The notes beneath the pieces were generated by a model. It saw only the letters and a program-made list of their open reading frames with translations. It searched no databases and was not told where the DNA came from. Both the position numbers and the translations under genes were made by a program. DNA of 64,000 nucleotides, taken from an uncultured Candidatus Saccharibacteria bacterium (GTDB lineage Bacteria > Patescibacteriota > Minisyncoccia > Phycocordibacterales > PALSA-1337). Positions 29,430 through 39,264 of this stretch are shown here, piece by piece. Where the stretch lies: the NCBI GenBank assembly GCA_964403205.1, contig CAYOER010000001.1, positions 14,037 through 78,036 of the forward strand, written 5' to 3'. The stretch's first letter is position 1. Each line of letters starts with the position of its first letter.

Positions 29430-29873
29430 ATGATAGAAATTACTACAGGTATTGCATTCCTTTTGTCATCTATGTATGGTTCCGGTAATACAATCACTGT
29501 AGCAACAGTCTCACAAAGTGGTGTAGACTCTTCTACAGTAAAAGTAGAGACTGTGAATCTACAAGATCGCAAATCAGTAGAGAAGTATCTCAGAGAACAA
29601 TATTCAGACACTCCTATATTAGTCGATATTGCAAGATGTGAATCCACATTCAGCCAAGTCGATAAAGAAGGGAAGGTTATCCGCGGTAGAGTAAATAGTG
29701 CCGATGTCGGCGTGATGCAAATCAATGAAAAGTATCACTCTGTAAAGGCAGTAGAGCTCGGATATGATCTCCATACTATAGATGGTAATATCGCTTATGC
29801 GAAATATCTCTATGAGAAGTTTGGAGCACAACCATGGAAAGCTTCGTCTAAGTGTTGGTCAAAGAAGGTATAA
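29430..29873 (+). CDS. small secreted transglycosylase-like (SLT/Rpf-type lysozyme-fold) protein
   Basis: A signal peptide, then ARCESTFSQ ... ADVGVMQINEKYH (catalytic E-S plus a GLMQI-like motif). Confidence 0.6.
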   Translation: MIEITTGIAFLLSSMYGSGNTITVATVSQSGVDSSTVKVETVNLQDRKSVEKYLREQYSDTPILVDIARCESTFSQVDKEGKVIRGRVNSADVGVMQINEKYHSVKAVELGYDLHTIDGNIAYAKYLYEKFGAQPWKASSKCWSKKV

Positions 29874-30012
29874 GGGATTGGAAGATTAGATAAAATTAAA
29901 TAAAAAAAGAAATGGCAATCAGAAATGGTTGTCTTTTCTTTTGACTATTCTTAATCTTTATTATAGACTTCTCATAAACCTTGCTCTTCTAACAATCAAC
30001 CCCAATGCTAGA

Positions 30013-30471
30013 GTTATGAATAATCAAGTAAAGCCAATATCTTTTCTGCTACTTCAGAAAGAGTTTCTCTCAGCAATAAAGTCTCAGTGTCACATGCTAG
30101 GTGTGAGGGGCAGTAAAGATCTGTCTGTCAGGACCGGTATCAGTGAGGAGACTGCTACGGTTCTCTATAACTCTGCATATAGCAAAACGCCTATCACAAC
30201 GGTGCTGGTGGTGAATGGTAGGGAATGGGATGATGTTTTTTCCTGCCTCGGTATATCCTGGGCTGTAGTGGTGAATCAAGTATTAGAAATGTCTACAGAC
30301 GAAGCCATTTCCGAGCAGGACATTCTTGTGCCTATTGATACAGAACTTTCCATTTTCGGATACTATACTGCATTCATTCTCAAGGCGAGTATGATTACAC
30401 CCGCTATGATTGGATTTCACGATGGTGACACCAGGACTATGTCCGTCAGTCATCATTTTGGTGAATGGTGA
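30013..30471 (+). CDS. hypothetical protein (G+C-rich islet); start set at MNNQVKP
   Basis: An ORF of about 50% G+C with no recognisable motif. It is followed by a strong terminator at 30498-30530 (accgcgt-catgc-acgcggt plus a T-tract). Confidence 0.45.
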   Translation, partial: VMNNQVKPISFLLLQKEFLSAIKSQCHMLGVRGSKDLSVRTGISEETATVLYNSAYSKTPITTVLVVNGREWDDVFSCLGISWAVVVNQVLEMSTDEAISEQDILVPIDTELSIFGYYTAFILKASMITPAMIGFHDGDTRTMSVSHHFGEW

Positions 30472-30497
30472 ATTCTGAGGTGTGAACAAAAACACGG

Positions 30498-30530
30498 AAC
30501 CGCGTCATGCACGCGGTTTTCTTTTGTTTT
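30498..30530 (+). terminator. rho-independent terminator
   Basis: accgcgt / acgcggt stem followed by ttttcttttgttttt. Confidence 0.7.
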
Positions 30531-30568
30531 TATAATAGATATGATATTTATTGAATAATAACGACTTC

Positions 30569-30597
30569 TTGACATATATAGAAATATAAGTTAGCAT
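30569..30597 (+). promoter_or_regulatory. sigma70-like promoter driving a leaderless short transcript
   Basis: TTGACA (30569-74), a 17-nt spacer, TAGCAT (30592-97). An ATG lies 8 nt downstream of the -10. Confidence 0.45.
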
Positions 30598-30605
30598 ATA
30601 TACAC

Positions 30606-30689
30606 ATGACAAATTTTATCAACAACTTTAATACGTCACCAAATCCTGCACCTAAAGCAGGCTCTCTACGCTGTGTTCCCAGTATTTAA
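30606..30689 (+). other. candidate leaderless 27-codon small ORF (MTNFINNFNTSPNPAPKAGSLRCVPSI) or a ~130-nt sRNA/cis-regulatory leader, with its own terminator, upstream of an ABC exporter
   Basis: An ORF begins at the predicted TSS. An internal hairpin cctgc-acctaaa-gcagg. A terminator at 30714-30737 (acaccgc-gcagat-gcggtgt then tttt). Not in the ORF track because it is under 60 aa. Confidence 0.3.
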
Positions 30690-30713
30690 ACCATAAAACG
30701 TTGAATACCTAAA

Positions 30714-30737
30714 ACACCGCGCAGATGCGGTGTTTTT
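30714..30737 (+). terminator. rho-independent terminator ending the short transcript
   Basis: A 7-bp GC-rich stem with a 6-nt loop followed by tttt. Confidence 0.55.
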
Positions 30738-30801
30738 AGTTCTTTGATTATATTGTTCTTTCTGTTCTTAGACAATTCAAAACTCAACAAAAAGGTTAGA
30801 A

Positions 30802-32574
30802 ATGAAAATAATCGGTAATGACCCGATCAGTTATCTGTTTGGGAAAACGTGGAAGTATTCCGAAGGGAATAGGAAAAAGATAGTTGCGTACTGGCTGTGT
30901 TTCATCACTGCCAACGCTTTCTCTCTCATCACATATCCACTCACATTGTCGGAGTTAATCAATACGGTGCAGTTGCAGGGAATTACGAGCGATAACTTCG
31001 CATATTTATGCATGTTGCTCGCTATACTTCCTCTGACGAACTTCATCTTTTGGTGTTTCCATGGACCAGGTAGATACCTAGAAAGTATGAACAGCTTTCG
31101 CTGTCGGATAAATAAACGCAAACATCTCTTTAAGGGTGTTATGACGCTTCCTATGCAATGGCATGTAGATCATCATTCTGGGGACACAATCAGTAAAGTA
31201 GGAAAGGGCACACAGGCACTTTTCGACTTTTCATCGGAGGCATTTCTTGTCATACGACTAATTGTCATGCTCATCGTCTGTTGTTACATGCTCGCTCGAA
31301 ATAGTATTTCGATTGCACTCATCGTCGCAGGTACGGTACTACTTACTACGTGTATCACGATGTATTTCGATAAGGTCATCATGGCCTATCTCGAAATCTT
31401 GAACAAGCTTGAGAATGAAGCAGCTGCAGAAGTTCAGGATAACATTGGCAATATTGTCACGGTTATTATCCTTCGGGTTGAAAACTTCGTCTATGCTCGA
31501 ATCGGCAAGAAACTTGATGAACCGCTCGCAGTTCAAGGTAAGTATCGAAAAGCAATTGAGATGAAATGGTTTCTTATCAGTATGTCTGGTGTCGTACTTA
31601 CTTCAATGGTACTTCTCTCGTACTTCATCGAGCATCTTGATAGTCCAGAGAAATTGCTTGTCGGAAGTATTGTACTTCTCACACAGTATTTGGATAGACT
31701 TGAAAATGTCTTCTACGACTTTACAAGTATCTACTCCAATATTGTGCAGCAATACACGCAAGTGCAAGACTCGGAAAAACTCACAGAAGAGTTCCGAGAA
31801 AAAAGTTTGCAAAATCATCTTCTGCCGAAGGATTGGAGGGAAATAACAGTCAGAGATCTTAACTTTTCGTATCATCGTGAGAAGAGTCGGGAACAACACC
31901 TTACCAATCTCTCATTTTGGATACGTAGAGGCGAAAAGATCGCCTTTGTCGGTAAAAGTGGAAATGGAAAGTCGACATGCTTTAGTCTGATCATGGCACT
32001 TTACGATGCATTATCGGCTGAAATCTCTGTCGATGGTGTTACTGTTCCGAATGGCTTTGAGGGGATTTGTCGTGATATCGCGCTCGTCCCACAGGCTCCA
32101 GAGATATTTGCTACCACTGTGCGTGAGAATATCACAATGGGAGCAGATGTGAGTGAAGAGACACTTCGTCACTATACAGAGATGGCTTGTCTCACCGATG
32201 TTGTCGAACGCATGCCGAAAAAGTTTGATTCGAAGATTAACGAGAAGGGTGTGAATCTTTCTGTTGGCGAACAACAACGGCTTGCCCTCGCACGAGGATT
32301 GCTAGTCTGTAAAGACAAATCAATCATCTTACTCGATGAGCCTACTAGTAGTCTCGATGCTGTAACTGAATTCCGTGTATATGAAAATGTATTTCGGATC
32401 AAAAATACAGCTGTCATCTCCTCGATTCACCGTTTCAACCTACTACCACTTTTTGACTACATTTATGTATTTGAGAAGGGTAGGATTGTCGCTCATGGAA
32501 CTCTATTAGAACTTCGTAAGCGAAGCTCTGAGTTTCAAGAATTGTACAAGAGTTACGAGAACGCTCAGAAGTAA
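30802..32574 (+). CDS. ABC exporter (fused TMD-NBD) in a G+C-rich islet
   Basis: Walker A GKSGNGKST; signature LSVGEQQRLALARGL; Walker B IILLDEPTS; an N-terminal 6-TM domain. G+C is clearly higher than the backbone. Confidence 0.8.
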   Translation: MKIIGNDPISYLFGKTWKYSEGNRKKIVAYWLCFITANAFSLITYPLTLSELINTVQLQGITSDNFAYLCMLLAILPLTNFIFWCFHGPGRYLESMNSFRCRINKRKHLFKGVMTLPMQWHVDHHSGDTISKVGKGTQALFDFSSEAFLVIRLIVMLIVCCYMLARNSISIALIVAGTVLLTTCITMYFDKVIMAYLEILNKLENEAAAEVQDNIGNIVTVIILRVENFVYARIGKKLDEPLAVQGKYRKAIEMKWFLISMSGVVLTSMVLLSYFIEHLDSPEKLLVGSIVLLTQYLDRLENVFYDFTSIYSNIVQQYTQVQDSEKLTEEFREKSLQNHLLPKDWREITVRDLNFSYHREKSREQHLTNLSFWIRRGEKIAFVGKSGNGKSTCFSLIMALYDALSAEISVDGVTVPNGFEGICRDIALVPQAPEIFATTVRENITMGADVSEETLRHYTEMACLTDVVERMPKKFDSKINEKGVNLSVGEQQRLALARGLLVCKDKSIILLDEPTSSLDAVTEFRVYENVFRIKNTAVISSIHRFNLLPLFDYIYVFEKGRIVAHGTLLELRKRSSEFQELYKSYENAQK

Positions 32575-32593
32575 CCAAGAGCAAACTATCACA

Positions 32594-32627
32594 AGCAGTC
32601 TAGGACAACCTAGGCTGCTTTTTTTTA
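32594..32627 (+). terminator. rho-independent terminator
   Basis: agcagtctagg-acaa-cctaggctgct followed by tttttttt. Confidence 0.7.
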
Positions 32628-32813
32628 ATCACTCATCCCCAACAGGGAATAGAATATAAACTATTCAAATCAAAAGTAATATTTTTTAATAATTTACCGA
32701 AAACAAGAATCCAAGATTTTATTAGTATTATAAACAGGGAACCCCTTACAGCGCTCAATGTAGAGTGTCGCACAATCTTTCTTTTACGATGTGGTTAGTT
32801 TGGTAATCCCCTG

Positions 32814-33131
32814 TTATTGCACCAAATTTGGTTCTGCGAGCTTTGGTGCAAGCTTATCTATATCTGTAGGTTCATTGTTCCCCACTTTCTTTAGATTGTT
32901 CATAGCTGGATACCAAACAATTTTTAGGAATATTTCCTTCCATAGATATGTTACTGGTTTTTTCAAAAATCCATGCCAAGCTTTATAAGCTAATGTTTGA
33001 ACATAATTGAAATTACTCTGCGTCGTAGGTGCCTCTATAGCCTTCCTAATATCGAATCCATAGTATCCGAGTACTATAAGAGCTATTACTATTATTACAA
33101 TCCATTTTATAAAGCCTTGATTTGTTTGCAT
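32814..33131 (-). CDS. small signal-anchored protein; a paralogue (N-terminal module) of the 35839-36342 protein
   Basis: MQTNQGFIKWIVIIVIALIVLGYYGF...EAPT compared with METNQGIKAWQWIVTVIVIIILIVLGYYMF...EAPT. Confidence 0.5.
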   Translation of the reverse strand: MQTNQGFIKWIVIIVIALIVLGYYGFDIRKAIEAPTTQSNFNYVQTLAYKAWHGFLKKPVTYLWKEIFLKIVWYPAMNNLKKVGNNEPTDIDKLAPKLAEPNLVQ

Positions 33132-33208
33132 AAAAATTTTTTATTAATTTAATTATATTATTTATACTTAATATTTTATCATATTTAATAAAAAGGTTTA
33201 TAGGATTT

Positions 33209-34480
33209 TTAGAGATAAGATAGGGGATTCAAATATGCTTTGAGATCAGCTACAGGGACAGTCGCACCCTTGCAATTTTTACTATTCACAAATGTAGTAA
33301 TCTGCACACCTTGGGTAGCATATACACCATAGTGTAGATGTGGACCAGTAGTATAGCCTGTATTGCCACTATAGCCGATTATCTGACCCGTAGAGACTTT
33401 GTCACCCTTTGCAACAGTCTGGAGTGATAGATGAGCATATAGAGTCGATAGACCGTTTATATGTTCTATCATTATCCATTTACCATAGGAATAGCATCCA
33501 GGAACTAGATCGGTATTGGCAACTCCTGTGACAGTACCACTGAGGGAGGCCTTTATCGGTGTACCGACAGAAGCAGCAAAATCTACACCAGTATGACCTT
33601 TACCATTATATATTTGTGGATTCTTCGTAGAGAAAGGTGTATTACCGAAATATTGCGTTATCCTAATATTCAATAATGGCCAAGCGAGTATTCCTGAACC
33701 TGTATGTGGTATAAGACTAGGGTCTATAGCGATTCTCAAGGCGCTTTCATATTCCAACATTTCCCTTTCAAATGCCTCTTTCTGTGCCTTCTTTGAAGCT
33801 AGTATTTTCTTATAATTTGATTCTGTATTTTTTGTAGATTTTAAAAGATTATTTTTCTCTACTGTATTTTCTGCTACTATCTTTTTCTGATTAACTAGAT
33901 CTTTTTCTAATGATAATAATTCGGCTTTTTTTGCTTCCGTCTTTACTTTATTTTCTTCTAGAGAAACTTTTATATCTTTTAATTCAGATATTCTATTTCT
34001 CACACTGCTCTGTAGAGCATTAAGATTATCTGTTTCCTCCCATAATTCTCCAAAGCTTTTTGCTCCTAATATAGTTTCAAATATAGAATTAGACTCTGAT
34101 CTAGATATAGCTCCTAGGGACTGGGATATCACCCTCCTACCGTCTCCTATACGGACATTCTTATCATCTATTTGTAGAGATAACTCCTGTATTTCTAGAT
34201 TTGTAGAAGATATTCTATTTTCTGTAATAGATAGATCTGCCTCCAATTTTTTCTTTGTAAGATCTAGAGATGCTAAAGTATTTTTCAATGAATCTGCTTC
34301 TTTACCCAGGCTTTCTATTTGCCCTTGATATTTCTTTATTTCTTCTTCTAGAGCTTTAATATTATTACCCTTTTCATTTATTTTATTTTTCAATTCATCT
34401 ATTGTCTGTCCATAGGCAGTAGAATATGAAAGAAATATTAGAGTAAATATAAAAAGAATTTTAAATAATTTCATAGGCAA
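33209..34480 (-). CDS. M23/LytM-family peptidoglycan endopeptidase with an N-terminal coiled coil (EnvC-like)
   Basis: A signal peptide, a long coiled coil, and a C-terminal HTGVDFAASVGTPIKA ... HLH M23 motif region. Confidence 0.8.
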   Translation of the reverse strand: MPMKLFKILFIFTLIFLSYSTAYGQTIDELKNKINEKGNNIKALEEEIKKYQGQIESLGKEADSLKNTLASLDLTKKKLEADLSITENRISSTNLEIQELSLQIDDKNVRIGDGRRVISQSLGAISRSESNSIFETILGAKSFGELWEETDNLNALQSSVRNRISELKDIKVSLEENKVKTEAKKAELLSLEKDLVNQKKIVAENTVEKNNLLKSTKNTESNYKKILASKKAQKEAFEREMLEYESALRIAIDPSLIPHTGSGILAWPLLNIRITQYFGNTPFSTKNPQIYNGKGHTGVDFAASVGTPIKASLSGTVTGVANTDLVPGCYSYGKWIMIEHINGLSTLYAHLSLQTVAKGDKVSTGQIIGYSGNTGYTTGPHLHYGVYATQGVQITTFVNSKNCKGATVPVADLKAYLNPLSYL

Positions 34481-35780
34481 AAGTAAGTCTTTTAACTGTC
34501 TCTTCTTTGCCGAGTATATCTGCTAGTATGAATGGATCCGGACTCTTATCCTTCCCTGATAGGGCATAGCGCATAGGCCAGAGGATATTGCCCTTCCCTA
34601 TCGCTATTGCTATAGGCCATATTGCAGATTTTATATTGTCTTTTGTAAAATTATCATTATCTATTTTAGAAATTATCTCTATAATATTTTTCAAATATTT
34701 TTTTGTATTTACTAGATCCTTTTCTTCCTTCCATTTCAGAGATTCTTTTGTATATTCTTTCAATTGATTAGTAAAAGACAATTCCCCTTCCAATAGTTCA
34801 GGTATTTGACTAAAATATGATATTTTTTCTTTTAATAACAGCATTATCTTATCTGGTATTTCTTTTTTAGTGAAGTCGTTTACAGATTTTATAAAATCTT
34901 CAATATTCATTTTTTCTATGTATTGTCTATTTATCCAATTCAATTTTTCTTCATTGAATATTGCTCCGCTTTTCTGTACCTTCTCTAAACTAAATTTAGA
35001 GATAATCTCTTCTATTGATAGAATCTCTTGATCTGTACCAGGATTCCAACCGAGTAGCATCATATAGTTCACCAATGCCTGTGGAAGATAGCCTTTATTT
35101 CTATATTCTGTTATAGCTAGAGCACCTTTTCTCTTCGAAAGTTTTGATTTATCAGGAGATAGAAGCAGTGGGACATGGGCATACAGTGGTTGTGGTATAC
35201 CTAGGGCTTCTTGTATCAAAATATGTCTTGGAGTATTGGATATATGGTCCTCCCCCCTTATGATAAGTGTCACTCCCATTTCACTATCATCTACTACTAC
35301 GACTAGATGGAAGACTGGCTCAGTCATGCTCCTAGCAATGATAAAATCACCGAGTTCTGTAGTATCAAATTCTATTTTCCCTCTTATAAGATCATTCCAG
35401 CTGACTTTCTTATTTGGATTTCTGAAACGTATTACTTCTTCCCTATCACCCTCATTTTTTATAGTTTCTTTTGAAATATATGCATGATTGGAATCTATAA
35501 GTTTCTGAATATATGATCTATGTATATCTTCTCTGTCACTCTGTCTATAGAATTCATCATATTTTATTCCGAGCCATTCTAAGCTCTCTATTATATTTTC
35601 TTCATATTCTTTCTTAGAACGAGCTTTATCTGTATCCTCTATTCTTAATATAAATTTACCCTTATTCTGTAGAGCATAGATATATGCAAAAAGCGCTGTT
35701 CTATAGTTGCCAGCATGTAGGAATCCTGTAGGTGATGGTGCAAATCTGGTTATTACTTTTTTATCCATATTATCATGCAT
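34461..35780 (-). CDS. gltX: glutamyl-tRNA synthetase
   Basis: RFAPSPTGFLHAGN (HIGH-class) and KLSKRKGA (KMSKS). Confidence 0.9.
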   Translation of the reverse strand: MHDNMDKKVITRFAPSPTGFLHAGNYRTALFAYIYALQNKGKFILRIEDTDKARSKKEYEENIIESLEWLGIKYDEFYRQSDREDIHRSYIQKLIDSNHAYISKETIKNEGDREEVIRFRNPNKKVSWNDLIRGKIEFDTTELGDFIIARSMTEPVFHLVVVVDDSEMGVTLIIRGEDHISNTPRHILIQEALGIPQPLYAHVPLLLSPDKSKLSKRKGALAITEYRNKGYLPQALVNYMMLLGWNPGTDQEILSIEEIISKFSLEKVQKSGAIFNEEKLNWINRQYIEKMNIEDFIKSVNDFTKKEIPDKIMLLLKEKISYFSQIPELLEGELSFTNQLKEYTKESLKWKEEKDLVNTKKYLKNIIEIISKIDNDNFTKDNIKSAIWPIAIAIGKGNILWPMRYALSGKDKSPDPFILADILGKEETVKRLTFAYEII

Positions 35781-35838
35781 TATAACATAAAAGCGCCTTT
35801 TGGCGCCTATTATGTATCTTATTTATATATGAAGTTTA

Positions 35839-36342
35839 TTATCCCTTTATCTCTGTAATATTTGTAGTTGCTCTGAATGTTTTCATTATGATATTACCCT
35901 TTGAATCCTTTAATGGTAGATCTTTACTTGCATTGAATGTCTTATCCCCGTCATCACTATGAAGCATTGCATAATACATCTTACCATCTACTGTGTTCTT
36001 TGAAAGCATAACCTTGCCTGTATTTGTACCCTTATCAAAGTATATAGATCCTATTATATCTCCTGGTATACCGTCTTTGTCCTCATGTATGACGACAAAA
36101 CCTGGCTTTGCAAATTGTACGGATGATATATATGCTACATTTCCTGGATATTGATCATTTATTACTATTCTATTTATTTCATTGGAAGTAGCTGTATCGT
36201 CTGTTAATTCTGTATCATCGCTCTCTGTTGGAGCTTCTGCACTTTTACCGCTGAACATATAATATCCTAAAACAATAAGAATAATGATAACTATTACAGT
36301 CACTATCCATTGCCATGCCTTTATTCCCTGATTTGTTTCCAT
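35839..36342 (-). CDS. signal-anchored hypothetical protein (paralogous N-terminus to the 32814-33131 protein)
   Basis: See the paralogue; the C-terminal domain is of unknown function. Confidence 0.5.
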   Translation of the reverse strand: METNQGIKAWQWIVTVIVIIILIVLGYYMFSGKSAEAPTESDDTELTDDTATSNEINRIVINDQYPGNVAYISSVQFAKPGFVVIHEDKDGIPGDIIGSIYFDKGTNTGKVMLSKNTVDGKMYYAMLHSDDGDKTFNASKDLPLKDSKGNIIMKTFRATTNITEIKG

Positions 36343-36402
36343 TTTATTTTTATTAATTAAGTTATAATGCCGATCTCTTTATTTAATAGCACTATATCAT
36401 GA

Positions 36403-37554
36403 TTAGCTTTCATGTTCAAGACCTATTGAGATTAGAGCTTCAGCTATTTTTGCTGATGCATCAGAATGGCTCCATTGCTTGGCATTCTGGCTCATCTTCT
36501 CAGAAATATGCTTATTATTTACTATATTGTCAATTTCTCTGACTAGAATAGCGTCGCTGAGATTATTTTCTTCTATTACTATACAGGCACCGGTTTTTGC
36601 ATATGAAAAGGCATTATCTACTTGATCATGACTCACCTCCTTTGGTAAAGGAATAATAATAGACGGTATTCCCCAGTTTGATATTTCAAATATTGCTGAA
36701 CCAGCACGAGATACTATAACACTGGCTATACCTGCACTCATACGTATAGCTAGATCATTGAGATAATCAAATGGATGATAGCGATATGAATTTGGATTAT
36801 CTTTCAAGACTATTTTTACCATTTCTTTTATTGGTTCTAGATTCTTCCTACCTGTCTGATGTATAACTTCATATCTTTTTATAAGCTCTGGTAGAGCATC
36901 AACTATTGTATCGTTTATAATCTGTGATCCTTGTGAACCACCTAGTATAACTATAACTGGAGTTTCATTTTCTAAATGTAGGAATTCTCTAGCACCATTT
37001 GGTAGACTCTCTATTATTCCCTTTCTTATCGGTACTCCTGTGAGAGCGATTCTTTCATCTACGATATTATCGGCGGTCTTTTTTGTAAAATATTTTGCTG
37101 ATTCTGTATATGAAATTGCAATTTTTTTAGCAAATTTCCCTGCCCATGTATTTACCATTCCCGGACTACTATCTGATTCATGGATTATGACTGGAATATG
37201 TAGAAGTTTCGCTGCAAAGAGTGCTGGGAAACTAGCATATCCACCCTTACCAAATACTATATCAGGATAAATCCTATACATCTTTATTGTGGCGATTATT
37301 ATTCCATATATAGTTCTAAAGATATCTAGGAAATTGAGTATAGAAAAATATCTACGATATTTACCAGCTGGTACATGCACATACTCTATATCATTATCAA
37401 AAAGTGCTCGAGGATTGTATTGTGTCGGAGACATGAAATACATCTTCGGTTGTATTATTTTCTTTTCTTTTACTTTATCATATATTGCTTCAGCAATAGC
37501 AATAATAGGATAGAAATGCCCACCTGTTCCACCTCCTGTAAAAAGTATTTTCAT
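36403..37554 (-). CDS. murG: UDP-GlcNAc:undecaprenyl-PP-MurNAc-pentapeptide GlcNAc transferase MurG
   Basis: MKILFTGGGTGGHFYPIIAIAEAI is the MurG G-loop; the length is about 380 aa. Confidence 0.9.
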   Translation of the reverse strand: MKILFTGGGTGGHFYPIIAIAEAIYDKVKEKKIIQPKMYFMSPTQYNPRALFDNDIEYVHVPAGKYRRYFSILNFLDIFRTIYGIIIATIKMYRIYPDIVFGKGGYASFPALFAAKLLHIPVIIHESDSSPGMVNTWAGKFAKKIAISYTESAKYFTKKTADNIVDERIALTGVPIRKGIIESLPNGAREFLHLENETPVIVILGGSQGSQIINDTIVDALPELIKRYEVIHQTGRKNLEPIKEMVKIVLKDNPNSYRYHPFDYLNDLAIRMSAGIASVIVSRAGSAIFEISNWGIPSIIIPLPKEVSHDQVDNAFSYAKTGACIVIEENNLSDAILVREIDNIVNNKHISEKMSQNAKQWSHSDASAKIAEALISIGLEHES

Positions 37555-37576
37555 GGTTTTATTATACCCTATTATA

Positions 37577-38674
37577 TCAATTCTTTTGATACTTTGAAAT
37601 ATTGGCTATTATACCGGTAGCAGAGAGTATAACGATGAGTGCTGTTCCACCATGGCTTATGAATAATAATGGCATGCCGGATATGGGTATGATACCGAGC
37701 ATAGAAGAAATATTCATAAAGGATTCTATAATAATGAGTATAGCTATACCACTAGAGACTAGTCTAGCAAATACATCTTCTGATCTAGATGCAATACGGA
37801 ATGAACTAAAAATAAATAGTAGGAATAAAATAATAAGAATAATACTACCGAGAAAACCGAATTCTTCTGCCTGCACAGCAAAGACCGAGTCCCCTATTGG
37901 CTCTGGTAAATATTTGAATTTCTGTACACTCTGGCCGAATCCCCTACCAGTGAGCTCTCCTGAACCTATCGCTATGAGACTCTGTTGAACCTGATACCCT
38001 ACTTGTTGAGAGTCTAGTGTCGGATTCAAAAAAGTCTTTATACGATTAACAATATATGGTTTACTCATGATGATAACACTCAAGGCCAGAGACATTATAA
38101 GAAAAAGTAAAAGTATATCTCTTATCCTTCCTCCAGATATAAAAAACATAATAATCCCTGTTATAGATATCACTACGAGAGTATCCATATCGCTTTGAAG
38201 ATATAATAGTATTCCTAATACTCCTATGATAATCAAATATGGTAAAGCGCCATTGGAGAAACTCGCAACCCTATCCTTTACCATTGATAGCCAAGCTGCA
38301 AAATATATAATAAATGCAATTTTTAGGAATTCCCCTGGTTGAAAGGTGATAAAACCGAGATCTATCCATCTAGAAGCTCCACCATGTGTAAAGGAGAGTG
38401 AAGGTATAAATATTAATAAATTTATTATTATTGCGAATAAGAAAATATAGAAAGAATATTTGCGAATTATTTTATAATTGATTTTTGAAATTATAATAAA
38501 AGCGCCAATGCCTATAATTAGACTAATTAATTGTTTCAATACTACATTCTGGAAGCTAGCGCCATCACGAGCGAGTAGTCCTAGAGATGCAGAACTAAAT
38601 ACAAAAAATCCTGCTATAACGAGCAAGATCACTGAAGTTAGGAAGAATTTATCAATTTTTTGTACTATCCTCAT
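37577..38674 (-). CDS. ftsW: SEDS-family peptidoglycan glycosyltransferase FtsW/RodA
   Basis: A ten-TM profile with conserved SEDS blocks (GASRWIDLG, LPEPIGDSVFAV, ISHGGTAL). Confidence 0.85.
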   Translation of the reverse strand: MRIVQKIDKFFLTSVILLVIAGFFVFSSASLGLLARDGASFQNVVLKQLISLIIGIGAFIIISKINYKIIRKYSFYIFLFAIIINLLIFIPSLSFTHGGASRWIDLGFITFQPGEFLKIAFIIYFAAWLSMVKDRVASFSNGALPYLIIIGVLGILLYLQSDMDTLVVISITGIIMFFISGGRIRDILLLFLIMSLALSVIIMSKPYIVNRIKTFLNPTLDSQQVGYQVQQSLIAIGSGELTGRGFGQSVQKFKYLPEPIGDSVFAVQAEEFGFLGSIILIILFLLFIFSSFRIASRSEDVFARLVSSGIAILIIIESFMNISSMLGIIPISGMPLLFISHGGTALIVILSATGIIANISKYQKN

Positions 38675-39209
38675 GATGTGTTTCTGTTTTATAGTTTGCT
38701 ATATCTCTTTTTACATTTTCATAATCTGGTAATTCTGTTATTTTTGATATTCCTAGATAGGATATTAATTCTAGACTGGGTTTATATAGGAAACTTCTTT
38801 GGTCTTTTGGATTATCTACTTTCTCTATGAGTCCGCGTATGAGTAGATTCCTCAGTATAAATTGGGAATTGACTCCACGTATATAGTCTATCTCCACTCT
38901 AGATAATGGACCTTCATAGAGGATAATAGATAATGTTTCTAGTCCTGCTTTTCCTAAATCTTTTATTAATTCTTCTTTTGTTAATGTTTCTATAAGACCA
39001 GATACTTCTTTAGAAGTACCGAGTGTGTATTCATCTTCCCATTCTATGAGTGTGAGTCCTCTCTCTTCTAGATCATGTGCTAGCTCTTTCAAAGCGGACT
39101 TTATTTCATCATCATCCTTTTTAAAAATCTGACAGAGACGTTTAATAGGCAAAGGTTCTGCCTTATAGAAAAGTACTGCTTCAATTTTTGCAGAAAGTGA
39201 TAATGCCAT
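38652..39209 (-). CDS. scpB: segregation and condensation protein B
   Basis: The ScpB winged-helix pattern (IEAVLFYKAEPLPIKRL...), immediately downstream of scpA. Confidence 0.85.
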   Translation of the reverse strand: MALSLSAKIEAVLFYKAEPLPIKRLCQIFKKDDDEIKSALKELAHDLEERGLTLIEWEDEYTLGTSKEVSGLIETLTKEELIKDLGKAGLETLSIILYEGPLSRVEIDYIRGVNSQFILRNLLIRGLIEKVDNPKDQRSFLYKPSLELISYLGISKITELPDYENVKRDIANYKTETHHEDSTKN

Positions 39210-39264
39210 TTATATTCGCATTATAACATAAAAATACAAAATGTATTTAATAGTTATATTTATA

